DNA of 64,000 bases from Candidatus Babeliales bacterium (GCA_963743635.1 CAVUQO010000002.1:128001-192000); one strand, 5' to 3'; numbered from the stretch's first letter, positions 29,234 through 39,850 are shown. Program-made: numbers and translations. Notes: generated by a model from the sequence alone, not told the origin.

Positions 29234-31252
29234 CTATGCGATTGCGAAATCATCTACAGCTGCGCCATGAGTGCAAACGTGTAACTGACTAGAAGAAGAT
29301 CCTTGATGTTTCAATGGCCTTAGAAGACGATGATATACATATGGTTCTTTATTTGTATCTTGTGCGAACGTGTACTCGGCTTGGCATTGTTGTTTGGTAT
29401 GATTTGTAAGATTATTGCGCGTGACATTCGCAATAAGCATGTCTTGTGTTTCTCCAGATCCGTCTTTTATCCACGGGACTAATGTGCCCACGCATTGTAT
29501 AACATAATCAAGCATGTCAGCAAAACTATGATCACGGATCGTTTTTTGGTCTAGCTTCATCCTGCCAAGTCCTTGTCTGATATACACCCAGGCAGATTTT
29601 CGTAGAGACTTTATTTCAGCTAATTGCCGTGGTGAATTAGATTTTGCTTCTACAATAAGTTCTTCCTTTCTTTTTGGATCTTGAATAGTAAATGTGTGTG
29701 TTTTGCGATCAATAGCACTCACATAACTGCCATCAGATACTGGAAAGACGTTATTCCACTCATCGGAAGTTATATCGAAAATATCTTTTTCGGTTGATTG
29801 GGAAGAGCTTGAAGAAGAAGAGGATGAAGCACTACTAGCAGGAACTGTTTCTTTTTCGATTGAAGCTTCTTTTTTTTCGGAAGCTTTCTTTTTGCCTTTT
29901 TCAGATTTTGCTTTTTTCTTTTCTTCTTCTTTTTCCTGCGCTTCAATGAGTTGTTTGCTGACTTCTCGTGCGCGCGTTTCTTCTAGTTCCCTTATGATAG
30001 GAAATAATTCATAGATATTTAAAAATGTATCATCGTACTTAGTTTTAGATTCATCGATAAGTTCAAGGCCTCTCTTGATATCTTGTTTTTCTCCCCCAAT
30101 GCCCAAAATATAGGCATATCCACGGGCTAAATACAAAGATCTTACTGTTTTAACGGTAGATTCCTTAATGAAAGCAAGTAATTTTTTAGATTTTTCTTCA
30201 TCTTTTTCTACGCAATATCCATAATGGTAGGCTATTACTAGTTGCAAGAGCTCCATATTCAACATGTCATTGGGGACCTGTTCGTATGCTCTTGCAAGCA
30301 TCAAAATGCCCTCTTCGCTTCCTTCATTGGTAAGGATTGTGCTATAAATGAATCGTGCGACGCGAATACCTTGTCTAGCGAGCTCGCCGAGTATTTCTTT
30401 TGCCTTTTCTCGGTTGCCAGCGATTTTATGAGTCCATATTAATCGCTGAATTTGTGTTTCTCCGTATGGGCTGTGTGCTTTTTCATAGAACTCGTATGCT
30501 TTTTTTATGTTTGGTATGCCACGATTAGCGAGCCCCAATTCATAGATCACACCTGCATTAAGACATGAAGATACGTAATACAGAGGGGTTTCTTGAGTCG
30601 AGTACTGTATGGCTTTTAAATAATTTTGCAAAGCTTGTGCAGGATCGAGAGGTATGAGTGAAATTTCGCCCGAGAGATACGCATTACCTAATTTAAAGAG
30701 CCCACCGCTATAATTGTTTGAGGCGGCTTTTTGGTAGTATTCTAGACCCAGTTTAACGTCTTTCGGCCCGCCAAGGCCACCTACGAGAAGATCGCCCAGT
30801 TCCACGTACGATGCATTGAGTTGAATTTTATCGTCACGAGTCAGGTTTGTTTGATCAATCTTTTCTATCGCAAGCTGCAAGTATTGTCTGGCCTCTTTAT
30901 ATTTATGTAACGGAACACAGGTAGTCGCTGCAGTTTGATACTGCCCAGGAAATCCATGTGTTGCAGCATCCAAAGCATAATGTATTGTTTTATGGGGATC
31001 ATTTTCTAAGGTTCCCAATTTCACCAATTGCATATAAGCCGCAGGAATATATGCGCGAAAAGCAAGCAGTTTCGTTTCTATTTCTTTGAGCTGGGCTTTA
31101 CTGAGAGGTTGGTTGCTCCAGAGTAAATTTTCAGCTACTTGATACTCTCTGAGTGCTTCGGCTTGGGGCATTGCAGGAGGAGTGCTTGCGTATTGAGTCA
31201 ATGATAAGCTTGCAGCGAATGCAAGTATTAATAATGACAGTAGATTTTTCAT
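29234..31252 (-). CDS. Exported Sel1-repeat protein with Lys/Glu and Ser-rich linker and unknown C-terminal domain
   Basis: LGDLLVGGLGGPKDVKLGLEYYQKAA, LGNAYLSG, AGVIYELG, YHYGYCVEKDEEKS Sel1 motifs; signal peptide. Confidence 0.8.
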   Translation of the reverse strand: MKNLLSLLILAFAASLSLTQYASTPPAMPQAEALREYQVAENLLWSNQPLSKAQLKEIETKLLAFRAYIPAAYMQLVKLGTLENDPHKTIHYALDAATHGFPGQYQTAATTCVPLHKYKEARQYLQLAIEKIDQTNLTRDDKIQLNASYVELGDLLVGGLGGPKDVKLGLEYYQKAASNNYSGGLFKLGNAYLSGEISLIPLDPAQALQNYLKAIQYSTQETPLYYVSSCLNAGVIYELGLANRGIPNIKKAYEFYEKAHSPYGETQIQRLIWTHKIAGNREKAKEILGELARQGIRVARFIYSTILTNEGSEEGILMLARAYEQVPNDMLNMELLQLVIAYHYGYCVEKDEEKSKKLLAFIKESTVKTVRSLYLARGYAYILGIGGEKQDIKRGLELIDESKTKYDDTFLNIYELFPIIRELEETRAREVSKQLIEAQEKEEEKKKAKSEKGKKKASEKKEASIEKETVPASSASSSSSSSSSQSTEKDIFDITSDEWNNVFPVSDGSYVSAIDRKTHTFTIQDPKRKEELIVEAKSNSPRQLAEIKSLRKSAWVYIRQGLGRMKLDQKTIRDHSFADMLDYVIQCVGTLVPWIKDGSGETQDMLIANVTRNNLTNHTKQQCQAEYTFAQDTNKEPYVYHRLLRPLKHQGSSSSQLHVCTHGAAVDDFAIA

Positions 31253-31493
31253 AATTGGGGCTCTCGAATAATAAGTTCAACGTTATTTTCTTATACGACT
31301 ATTTGATCATGCCGATATAAGAACCATCAAGAGTTTGTTTGAATAAGTTCTATTGCTTCGGTCGTCTGGACCTTATGTGTAAATTACCTTAAGTGGCGAA
31401 TAATAATTGACCGATTTCTTCAATTCTTGATTTTGTATTACCGATTATTGAATCATGGGAAAAAATAGTTTTCATAACCAAGGAGAATGTTCG

Positions 31494-31841
31494 ATGGCTA
31501 TTACTTTAAATCAAGCGGCACTTGATCGCGCGAAGTATCTGATTGAAGCAGGCGAAGTTACCTCATTTGATGCTGATTGGAACGAAGAAAAACCAACGCC
31601 AAGCGAAGTTGATAAATATATCGATACTCATGATATGAAAGAATATGGCGAATGGTTCTTGGGCAAAAATGATAAGTTTGACCGTGAAGTCCAAGAGCAT
31701 TACGAATATCCATACGGCGATTTAAGAGAAGTGCAACGCTGTGCTGTTGTTCATTCACTTGCGCAAGCGGAAAGAAAAGGCGATAAAGAAGTTGCTAAAG
31801 CAGCAAAAGAACTTCTCGCACTGATCGATGAAAAAGCATAA
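31494..31841 (+). CDS. Conserved hypothetical protein
   Basis: AGGAG RBS before MAITLN; YGEWFLG..HYEYPYGD motif; coding-like composition. Confidence 0.7.
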   Translation: MAITLNQAALDRAKYLIEAGEVTSFDADWNEEKPTPSEVDKYIDTHDMKEYGEWFLGKNDKFDREVQEHYEYPYGDLREVQRCAVVHSLAQAERKGDKEVAKAAKELLALIDEKA

Positions 31842-31933
31842 CTATCGATTTTAGAACACTGAATGGTGCCATGCTTGAAAGATGATTCAAGCATGGCACG
31901 AATTTTTAGAGAGAAATCGTTAAAGGAGGCCAT

Positions 31934-32767
31934 ATGCCAGAAATACCTGAAGTTGAAGCATTTAAATCCTATTGCACGTCTCATTGTTTGCGCAAGCCAA
32001 TCACTGATATCAAAATTACTGATGCTGCTGCGCTACAAAAAATATCGGGTGCATCTTTTAAAAAATCGCTGATTGGACACGCATTCAGTTCAGTAGAAAG
32101 ATTGGGGAAATACCTGGTAATTCATGTAAGTAATTCAGATAAAAAACTGGTAATGCATTTTGGATTAACCGGTTCGCTTTTGTATACCATCGATAAAAAT
32201 GAATCGGTACGATTCTCACGCGTACAATTTATATTTAAAAATGGGGTTCTGCATTGGACTTGTATGAGAATGTTCGGGAAAGTATGGCTTGTTGAAGATT
32301 TGCAAATTATTCCAGGGCTCAAAAAACTTGGGCTTGATGCGCTTACTATCACCAAAAAACAATTTTTGGATTTGCTTGCTGATAATGAATCAAAAAACAT
32401 CAAAGCATTGTTAATGGATCAAGCAAAGATAGCGGGCATTGGCAATGAATATAGTGATGAAGCCTTGTTTCAGGCGGGAATAGATCCGCGGCATAGCGTA
32501 GAAGATCTTTCAAGTGCTGCGCGTGTAAAATTATATACCATGCTGCATAAGGTTTTGCTCTACGCAATAAAAGTGCAGAAGAAAAACAGTCATGCATCTT
32601 CCGGACCGCAATTATTATCAAAAGAAGCACGCAGTTCTTTCGCCTCATCCTATCTACAGGCGCATCGGCACGTGGATATGATGTGCCCAAAAAATAAAAA
32701 TCATACGCTTAAAAAGATAAGCACAGCGGGCAGAACGACTTTCTATTGCCCCGAGGACCAGAAGTAG
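31934..32767 (+). CDS. Fpg/Nei family DNA glycosylase
   Basis: MPEIPEVE catalytic N-terminus, RLGKYL, MHFGLTG, H2TH LLMDQ..IAGIGNEYSDE, GRTTFYCP. Confidence 0.92.
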   Translation: MPEIPEVEAFKSYCTSHCLRKPITDIKITDAAALQKISGASFKKSLIGHAFSSVERLGKYLVIHVSNSDKKLVMHFGLTGSLLYTIDKNESVRFSRVQFIFKNGVLHWTCMRMFGKVWLVEDLQIIPGLKKLGLDALTITKKQFLDLLADNESKNIKALLMDQAKIAGIGNEYSDEALFQAGIDPRHSVEDLSSAARVKLYTMLHKVLLYAIKVQKKNSHASSGPQLLSKEARSSFASSYLQAHRHVDMMCPKNKNHTLKKISTAGRTTFYCPEDQK

Positions 32768-32940
32768 GGATTATGCCCGATCGAACCATTCCACCAACCG
32801 TCCAAGTGAGAATAGCATGCTGTTTGCCATCCGGCAGCTGCTTATGGAATATCAATTCTAATCATGATATTATTAAAATCATCAATTTTTGCGATTTATA
32901 AAGAATAGACTTAACAATAATGATTAGGAGAAATGAAATA

Positions 32941-33285
32941 ATGATTAATTTGCCAAAGTGTCCAAAATGTAGTTCAGAGTATACTTATGAAGATAATGGG
33001 ATTTTGATTTGTCCAGAATGTGCTCATGAGTGGAGCGAAGAAGTAGAAAGTGACAAGGCTGAAGGTAAAAAGATTGTCAAAGATGCGAATGGAAATATCT
33101 TGAATGATGGTGACACTGTGGCGCTCATCAAAGATCTTAAAATAAAAGGGAGTTCATCGGTCATAAAAGCTGGTACAAAAGTAAAAAACATACGGTTAGT
33201 CGATGAAGATCATAATATTGATTGCAAAATTGATGGATTTGGGAAGATGGGTTTGAAATCTGAGTTTGTCAAAAAGGTAGAGTAG
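32941..33285 (+). CDS. phnA: PhnA/YjdM zinc-ribbon protein
   Basis: [53 protein letters not shown]. Confidence 0.9.
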   Translation: MINLPKCPKCSSEYTYEDNGILICPECAHEWSEEVESDKAEGKKIVKDANGNILNDGDTVALIKDLKIKGSSSVIKAGTKVKNIRLVDEDHNIDCKIDGFGKMGLKSEFVKKVE

Positions 33286-33324
33286 AGGGTCTGTAAAGTA
33301 ATTAAGAAGTAATAATTGAATACG

Positions 33325-33358
33325 AAAAGCGGTTGGCGAAATCCAGCCGCTTTTTTTT
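33325..33358. terminator. Bidirectional terminator
   Basis: AAAAGCGGTTGG-CGAAAT-CCAGCCGCTTTTTTTT between convergent genes. Confidence 0.8.
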
Positions 33359-33381
33359 GATAACGAGGAAGAATAACTGAT

Positions 33382-34245
33382 CTATGACGAGTGGTCTACG
33401 TCACCATCACTTATAGATGTAGTTTGTTGCTTTTTAGAGGGTAAAAAATTTTCCGTTGAAACAACGTTGATGCCAGTTTGCTGCTCGATATCTTCTCTCG
33501 TTCTGCCGGCCACAGCGCCGCCATCTTTTGCATCAACTTTTAGTTTTGTTATGCCACGAGAATCTCTTTTCTTTGTTAATTGCGTCGTAGTTGCTTCGCC
33601 AAGCATGGTAATGATGAGCTCTAAATCGGTCATGTGATCGCGCAAATTTTCTTTATCCAAGCCCTTAACCTTTTTATGCTCAGAGGCCTTTAAGCTGAAG
33701 GCTCCTTGCATAATCTCATTGGTTAGGATCGCATAATCAAACTCAGTTTTTGCGCCACGCTCATCCCATTCATCGGTTAGCTTCTGACGAATCGCCATGC
33801 CCTGGAGGCGTTTTTCAATCCAATCTTTTGGATAGCCCTTTTTTGCATACAGAGCTCGCACGCGCTCTATGCCCAATTCAGGATTCTGAATCTCCTCGAT
33901 ACGCTCCCTACCAACCTTGGCAAGCCAAGCCTTAAACGGCTCCGCCTTGGGAGAGGGAATTGATTGAATGATGCGGAACATGCCTTCCATGGTGGCACAT
34001 TCAGTGAGATATTTTTTACCGTCAGCAGCCTGTAATTTCAGTTGTCGACAAATTGTCGACAACTGAACATCCGAGGTGCTCTTTTCCCTGGTTTTCATTT
34101 TGTGCCAATAATCTCGCGGATTTTTGCTCTCCGTAAGAAGTGCAATGACATCTATTACAGCAAACCACCACTCGTTATCGGTGAAAGTTCTTCGTATTTT
34201 CTGTCCATCGAAAACGGATACATGCGTGAGATCATTATTTTTCAT
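33382..34245 (-). CDS. Bro-N domain / phage antirepressor-like DNA-binding protein
   Basis: FDGQKIRR..WWFAVIDVI, QLKLQAADGKKY, RIIQSIPSPKAEPFKAWLA, LRDHMTDLEL. Confidence 0.88.
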   Translation of the reverse strand: MKNNDLTHVSVFDGQKIRRTFTDNEWWFAVIDVIALLTESKNPRDYWHKMKTREKSTSDVQLSTICRQLKLQAADGKKYLTECATMEGMFRIIQSIPSPKAEPFKAWLAKVGRERIEEIQNPELGIERVRALYAKKGYPKDWIEKRLQGMAIRQKLTDEWDERGAKTEFDYAILTNEIMQGAFSLKASEHKKVKGLDKENLRDHMTDLELIITMLGEATTTQLTKKRDSRGITKLKVDAKDGGAVAGRTREDIEQQTGINVVSTENFLPSKKQQTTSISDGDVDHSS

Positions 34246-34331
34246 AAAAATGTCCTTTAAAAAGGGAGGCCTGCCATTCATTTTTTTCAGCTGCGAGGGC
34301 AGCTCTCAGCTTACGAGGATTGAAAAATGAA

Positions 34332-34341
34332 TGGTGTGCCC
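34332..34341 (-). repeat. Distal att core (displaced tRNA 3' end GGGCACACCA)
   Basis: Identical to the last 10 nt of the tRNA-Arg gene at 52133-52142. Confidence 0.8.
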
Positions 34342-34508
34342 TAGCGGACTATTTCGGGAACTTTGTCATTGATAATAATATCATGTCTTCGGTAAAAACA
34401 TTAATGTCGGCTGCATAGATTATTAGTAATGCGCCCGCAAGCTATGATAAAATTGACTATCAGCTCGGTCTGAACCTTTTATGTATAGTTATTCAAGAAG
34501 AAGTAGTC

Positions 34509-35702
34509 GTGAACAGTACAAAATCAAAGCAACTATGCGATCTAATGCAACAGGCATACGATCGAAGTTTCATAGTGTCATCAAACCTCAAAGCCTTCTT
34601 ATCTTCAGCGTTAAGCGAATTCTCCAAGGAGTTGGCAACTAATCCGTTACCGTTGCTGGAGAACGTCAGGAATGAAATAGCGGGCATAGGCAAAAAAAAT
34701 TTAATGCCGATTACAGATGTCAAAATAACGGTTTTGAGTGAGCTTGATGCAACAATCCAACTATTAACCACACACAAAGAAACCATTCCTGCTCTCCGTT
34801 ATTATATTCAAGAGTGCGAGGATGCGAAAAAACGATGCCCTGAAAATAGCAATGCTATGATTCACTTATTGGAACCTATATTTCAAAAGGTCGTAGCATT
34901 CTTTTTATGCGATCGTTCCGCGGATCATAGCAAGCTGCTAGCAGCGCTTGTTGAACTAGATAATGAGGGAAAAATAATAAAATACATTTTTGCTCCAAGT
35001 TTATACGCGTGGCATGAAGAAGGTCAGATATGGGAGCGAAACAACACAAGTAGCATAGAGCAAAGTTTAAGTCGCCTTATCTATCTTTATTCGCTTTACG
35101 ATCTCAAAGCTCGTCAAAATATGATCCAGCATTTTGCTCAAGAGAACAATCAGTTGGCTGTTCATTATATATGCCTAGACGCTGAAAAATTAGACGCCGC
35201 CTTGGAAGGTCGTACACAAAAAGATGCTATCGCCTTAGGGTTCGATATAGAGGAAATCAAGGTTAATATGAGCCGCGTATGGGATTTTATTAAGCCACAA
35301 TTACTTTCTGATGAAGTTAAGCAGGCTATCCCAGAAGATACACACCAAGAAGATACGTACGATGGAGCGACCGGCATACTTAAGATCATGGGAATTCCTA
35401 TACAGTTCCAACGGCATGGCCTAAGGGGGCAAATTATGGAAAATTTATTTCCAGGTAGCAAGACTACCAAGGTACCGATAGTATTTGATGTTCTTTATGA
35501 TGAAATTATCAATCAGCAACTATGTGCAATATGGAGCAAGTTTGGTAATAAGCAATGGGATGGTCTTAGTCAAGACCAAAGAGCGGCGGTAAAAAAGGAT
35601 ATATATGATGCATGTGGCGGCATTAATGATCGAATCGAAAAAATGACCCAGTCAAAAGTAAAAAATTACGTTAAGGTGGACAACTTAACGCTATCTATTT
35701 AA
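34509..35702 (+). CDS. Hypothetical protein (element-borne)
   Basis: 397-aa ORF, GTG start, no motif recognised. Confidence 0.65.
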   Translation: MNSTKSKQLCDLMQQAYDRSFIVSSNLKAFLSSALSEFSKELATNPLPLLENVRNEIAGIGKKNLMPITDVKITVLSELDATIQLLTTHKETIPALRYYIQECEDAKKRCPENSNAMIHLLEPIFQKVVAFFLCDRSADHSKLLAALVELDNEGKIIKYIFAPSLYAWHEEGQIWERNNTSSIEQSLSRLIYLYSLYDLKARQNMIQHFAQENNQLAVHYICLDAEKLDAALEGRTQKDAIALGFDIEEIKVNMSRVWDFIKPQLLSDEVKQAIPEDTHQEDTYDGATGILKIMGIPIQFQRHGLRGQIMENLFPGSKTTKVPIVFDVLYDEIINQQLCAIWSKFGNKQWDGLSQDQRAAVKKDIYDACGGINDRIEKMTQSKVKNYVKVDNLTLSI

Positions 35703-35822
35703 GCAACCACACAATCAGATATCGAATCCTATATCGTCATTATAGGCACTTAATTATGCCTCTATCACCAGAGATTTAAGCGACCATGTTGTCGACTCGA
35801 CAAAAACCAGACTCTCCACGAC

Positions 35823-36011
35823 ATGCCAGACTCTAATCTGGGTCTCATGAAGCAAAAAAAATTAACTATGACCGTACATTTCCAGTCAAGACATCCAGGG
35901 CCCCTAACGGCGGATGAGGGTAAACAACTCGCGGATTTTTTCAGAACACTCATGGATCTTTGCCCTACTAATGATACGAAAAAGGTAAAAACTCATGATT
36001 CGTATAAGTGA
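35823..36011 (+). CDS. Small hypothetical protein
   Basis: 62-aa ORF overlapping the start of the SpoVG-like gene. Confidence 0.35.
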   Translation: MPDSNLGLMKQKKLTMTVHFQSRHPGPLTADEGKQLADFFRTLMDLCPTNDTKKVKTHDSYK

Positions 36012-36291
36012 AATTCAGATCGTACCCATTCAATCGAATAACGGGCTTGTAGGATTCGCAAGCTTAATCTTTGAAGATGCCTTCTACCTCAGTTCAATAG
36101 GTATCTTCACTAGACCATCCGGAGGATATCGTCTCACTTATCCACTCAGGAAAAACACACGCTCCAATCTCAACTTTTTTTACCCAATCAATAAAGAAGT
36201 GGCTGAGCAGATTGAGCATGCGGTAACTAAAAAATTTGAAGAAATGAAGATGCAAAAACCAGAATTTAACTTACTGAAAAGCGCACTATGA
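35995..36291 (+). CDS. SpoVG-like nucleic-acid-binding protein
   Basis: ISEIQI...LVGFASLIFEDAFYLSSI, FYPINKE...IEHAV pattern typical of SpoVG. Confidence 0.7.
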   Translation: MIRISEIQIVPIQSNNGLVGFASLIFEDAFYLSSIGIFTRPSGGYRLTYPLRKNTRSNLNFFYPINKEVAEQIEHAVTKKFEEMKMQKPEFNLLKSAL

Positions 36292-36509
36292 AGCGTAACT
36301 ACTTTTCTTATCTAAAATTTTCACTACGACGCGACATGGAAAAAAAGGGATGCGCACCTTCAGAGCGCTTATGCATAGACAATAACAAACACACATTTCA
36401 AATACATATTGGCAATAAACCCCAAGGAGCTTCATATGTAGCCTCATTTGATAATTTTGACGATGAAGAAAATGTCTTAACGTGCTCGTACGGACTGCTT
36501 AATTCTTAA
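36288..36509 (+). CDS. Small hypothetical protein
   Basis: 73-aa ORF with ATGA overlap to the SpoVG-like gene. Confidence 0.35.
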   Translation: MKRNYFSYLKFSLRRDMEKKGCAPSERLCIDNNKHTFQIHIGNKPQGASYVASFDNFDDEENVLTCSYGLLNS

Positions 36510-36613
36510 AATCAGTACCACTTTAAAAAATCAGTTCATCTTCACGATACAAGGTGATTTAAAAAAAAAGGGGCCATCGACTGATATAGATAGGCCCCCA
36601 TAGGAGATTTAGT

Positions 36614-38211
36614 ATGGAAAATAATAACAAAAAAAGCGCCTATTCGACAACCAAGACAAAGGCGTAGCGATCTCATAGAATCAGCAAAAAAACAATGGGA
36701 AGAAGATGCAAATCTATTGGCGCAAGAGAAAGCTGACATCGGCTATTCAGATCTTCTCTTGGGACGCATTTTTAGAACTCTCGCTCCATGCCCTCGATAT
36801 CGAAGTACAATCAAAAATAATCGAACTACAAGATCGATATAAAGATCTGCAAGCTCGCCAGGCAATACATATGGGCGGAAGACAAAGTCATTGACGAATT
36901 CAACAAAAAACATGCCGTAGTGCACGTCGATCAAACCTACATTCTTACCGAAAAAATCAATATGTTTGGTGGTCAGGATTTTTCACTAGAGAAATCGACA
37001 ATCCTTCAGGACATATTATGAAGACGAAACGATTGTATGTATTGATGGAATAGAGCGAAGCAAGGCAGATATATGGCTTAAAAGCCCTAAGCGGCGCAAA
37101 TATAAGGGGATAATCTTTGACCCTACGATCAACAGAATCGTACCAAGGATTACTATAATCTCTGGAAAGGCTTTAGTAGAGTCTCCGATTCAAGGCAATT
37201 GTAAGAAATATTGGGACGCATGTAAAAGAAAACATTTGCGATAACGATGAAGATGCTGTACGATATATTTACGAAAATGGTTAGGATACATTTTTCAAAA
37301 GCCAGCACGAAGTGCATACCGCATTAGTATTATGCGGATCTCAAGGTGTAGGCAAAGAATAGTTTTGTTGAACCACTTGGCATTCTTCTCGGGCTCACAC
37401 TATGCCCCGCTGAGTAGCATTACAGAGTTAGTGTCTAATTTTAATTACCATCTAAAAAATGCCGTATTCATTCATGCCAATGAAGCCTTCTGGGGTGGCA
37501 ATAAGAAAGATATTGGCACAGTAAAGGCTATGATTACAGAGACAAAGATGTCTCGATCGAAGGGAAAGGGAAAAGATCGCATTGTTGTGAGGAATTTTAA
37601 GCATGTAATTCTCAGCAGTAATGAAGATTGGCCTAGTTCATCTTGATCGCTGATGATCGACGCTTCTTTGTCTTACAAGTTTCAGAAAAACATAAAGAAG
37701 ATCAGCGTTATTTCAACGCAATAAAGGAAGAATTAGACAATGGCGGACTATGAGGCACTCTTGCATGATTTGCTGCATGAGGATTTAAAGGGTTTTAATC
37801 CGCGTAAATTACCTTCAAGTTCGGCTTCTTTTCCTATAAAAATGCGTAGCGCGGATTCTGCACATAGATATATTTATGATGCGCTTAATCAGGGTGGATT
37901 TTCAATAGGATTGTTACCTGACAATGATCTACCGGTATGGCAAGAGGAAATACCCAAAAAGATGTGTTTATGATGATTACAAAGCTTGGTGTATATCTGA
38001 CAATGAGAATTCGTTATCCATGGAGCAATTTGGTAAGGTATTCAAGAAATTAATCATATCAATAGATGATAAAAGACCTGGGGGCGGATAACGCGCGCGA
38101 TGCTATAAATTACCGAGTCTCAGACAAGCTCGAAAGGATTTTAGTGAAGCATTCAAAGAGAACCCGGAGAACATTTTTGATGATTACAAATCAGAGGAGG
38201 AAATAATTTAG
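36614..38211 (+). pseudogene. DUF5906/SF3-type primase-associated helicase, broken by many frameshifts
   Basis: AGGAG RBS + ATG at 36614; fragments WLKSPKRR..GIIFDP, YNLWKGF, Walker A GSQGVGK, ANEAFWGGNKK..KAMITE, ILSSNEDW, DDRRFFVL in shifting frames. Confidence 0.75.
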
Positions 38212-38434
38212 TCCAGGATCGGTCCAGGAATAAGGCAATAGAAAAAGATGCTTAAAACAAACTATAGTCCATGATGTCCATGTAGTCCGGGTTATTTCAA
38301 CGCTAGAAATACAATCTTGTTATGAGATGCGAATATAATTGCGAGAAATAAAGTCGCCTGGACTGTATGGACACCGTGGACAACGCCGTAAGATACGTAT
38401 TTTTACCACAGTGATACATGGACCAAGCGTGGAC
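38211..38434. promoter_or_regulatory. Putative iteron replication origin of the element
   Basis: Five GTCC(A/G) at 38211, 38222, 38267, 38276, 38285 facing five TGGAC at 38359, 38368, 38377, 38419, 38430 around an AT-rich core. Confidence 0.65.
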
Positions 38435-38452
38435 GAGAAGGAGAAAAAGAGC

Positions 38453-39478
38453 ATGACGATTCTTGAATTGGCGCACCAAGCCGGCATAAGACCAAAATGG
38501 GTAGCAAGCACAAATGGTGGCGAATATCATTCACCATGTCCAGCATGTGGTGGTGAAGATAGATTTTACATTCAACCACATCGACCAATGAGTAACTGCA
38601 TCGGCTCTTATTGCTGTCGTCAATGCGGTACATATGGAGATAGTATTGAGTTTGCTCGGCAATTTCTTAATTACTCGTTTGAAGAGGCTATTTCAGCACT
38701 GAATGTTGTTGTAACAGCAAAAATGACATCTTCGATATTCAATGTTTCTCCTACTTACAGAGTATCCGTTCTGCGAAAACCGCCCCAGGAATGGATGATA
38801 AAGGCTACTGCATTTGTTGAGCATGCACACAAAAGCCTTCTGCACAATGAACAATTTTTAACTTATCTGGAATCACGAGGTCTGCCATTAGCCGCTGTTG
38901 AGCGCTATAAGCTGGGTTGGATACATACGAACTTATTCTTGCCTAGAATGAGCTGGGGACTAGAGGAACAACTCAAGCAAGATGGAAAATCGAGCTCATT
39001 ATGGATACCAAAGGGATTGGTAATTCCAAGCATCAATCAAAAAGGTTCAGTAATTCGACTAAAAGTACGCAGAAGTGATTGGAATGAAGATGATACATTG
39101 CCCAAATACGCAGCAATATCTGGGAGTATGAATGGAATGGCCATAGTGGGTTCACCACAATGCTCTACTATGCTTGTCGTAGAATCGGAGCTTGATGCTT
39201 ATGCAATTGACTATGCTGCTGGGGATGTTGTTTGTACGGTTGCTGTTGGTAGCAATATCAAAAATCCTGACAATATCACAGATCGCTTGGCAAAAAATGT
39301 AGCGCGGCTGCTTATATGCCATGACAATGATAAAGCGGGGTTGCAAATGCTTACAAAGTGGAAGACCCTATATCCTAAGGCAAGGGCATGCACGGTGCCC
39401 TCTGGTAAGGATGCCGGAGAGTACATTCAGCATGGTGGTAATATAAGAACATTAGTCTCTAATTTTATAAAGGAATAA
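38453..39478 (+). CDS. Zinc-finger + TOPRIM DNA primase
   Basis: GGEYHSPCPACGGEDRF..CRQC zinc finger, YLESRGL, VVESELDA, CHDNDKAG, GKDAGEY; GGAG RBS before MTILEL. Confidence 0.85.
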   Translation: MTILELAHQAGIRPKWVASTNGGEYHSPCPACGGEDRFYIQPHRPMSNCIGSYCCRQCGTYGDSIEFARQFLNYSFEEAISALNVVVTAKMTSSIFNVSPTYRVSVLRKPPQEWMIKATAFVEHAHKSLLHNEQFLTYLESRGLPLAAVERYKLGWIHTNLFLPRMSWGLEEQLKQDGKSSSLWIPKGLVIPSINQKGSVIRLKVRRSDWNEDDTLPKYAAISGSMNGMAIVGSPQCSTMLVVESELDAYAIDYAAGDVVCTVAVGSNIKNPDNITDRLAKNVARLLICHDNDKAGLQMLTKWKTLYPKARACTVPSGKDAGEYIQHGGNIRTLVSNFIKE

Positions 39479-39480
39479 GC

Positions 39481-39849
39481 ATGGAAGATAATAACATACA
39501 AATTGGATGGTTGCCTGAAAACCTGACTCAGGAAACTCAAATGGCTGACGCATTATGTGAATACGCTTCGAGACCAACATCTATCACGCTGCATCCTTTC
39601 GCCTTTGCAAAAAAAATATCCGTAAAAGATTTTGAAAGCTTGGCTGACTTGCCTGAGGATGGACAACAAGTAATTTTACCAAATGCAGCCTATATATGTC
39701 TTAACCTCTTGGAGGCAAGAACAAAGGACATTGGTGGTTTTTGCGAAATGTATTGGCAAGGCAAAGATGGTCTATATTGGAAGGAATTACATATATTCGA
39801 CGAAATAACTGGAATAACATGCCAGAGATTCCTCGAACCAATCTGCTAA
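39481..39849 (+). CDS. Hypothetical protein
   Basis: 122-aa ORF directly downstream of primase, AAGGA RBS. Confidence 0.6.
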   Translation: MEDNNIQIGWLPENLTQETQMADALCEYASRPTSITLHPFAFAKKISVKDFESLADLPEDGQQVILPNAAYICLNLLEARTKDIGGFCEMYWQGKDGLYWKELHIFDEITGITCQRFLEPIC

Positions 39850-39850
39850 T

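Noticed and set aside
33382..34245. Bro-N gene as part of the integrated element
   Set aside because: It lies outside the att core at 34332; no second boundary repeat found.
38339..38452. Longer TTG-start version of the primase
   Set aside because: The extension runs through the iteron array; ATG at 38453 has a good RBS.
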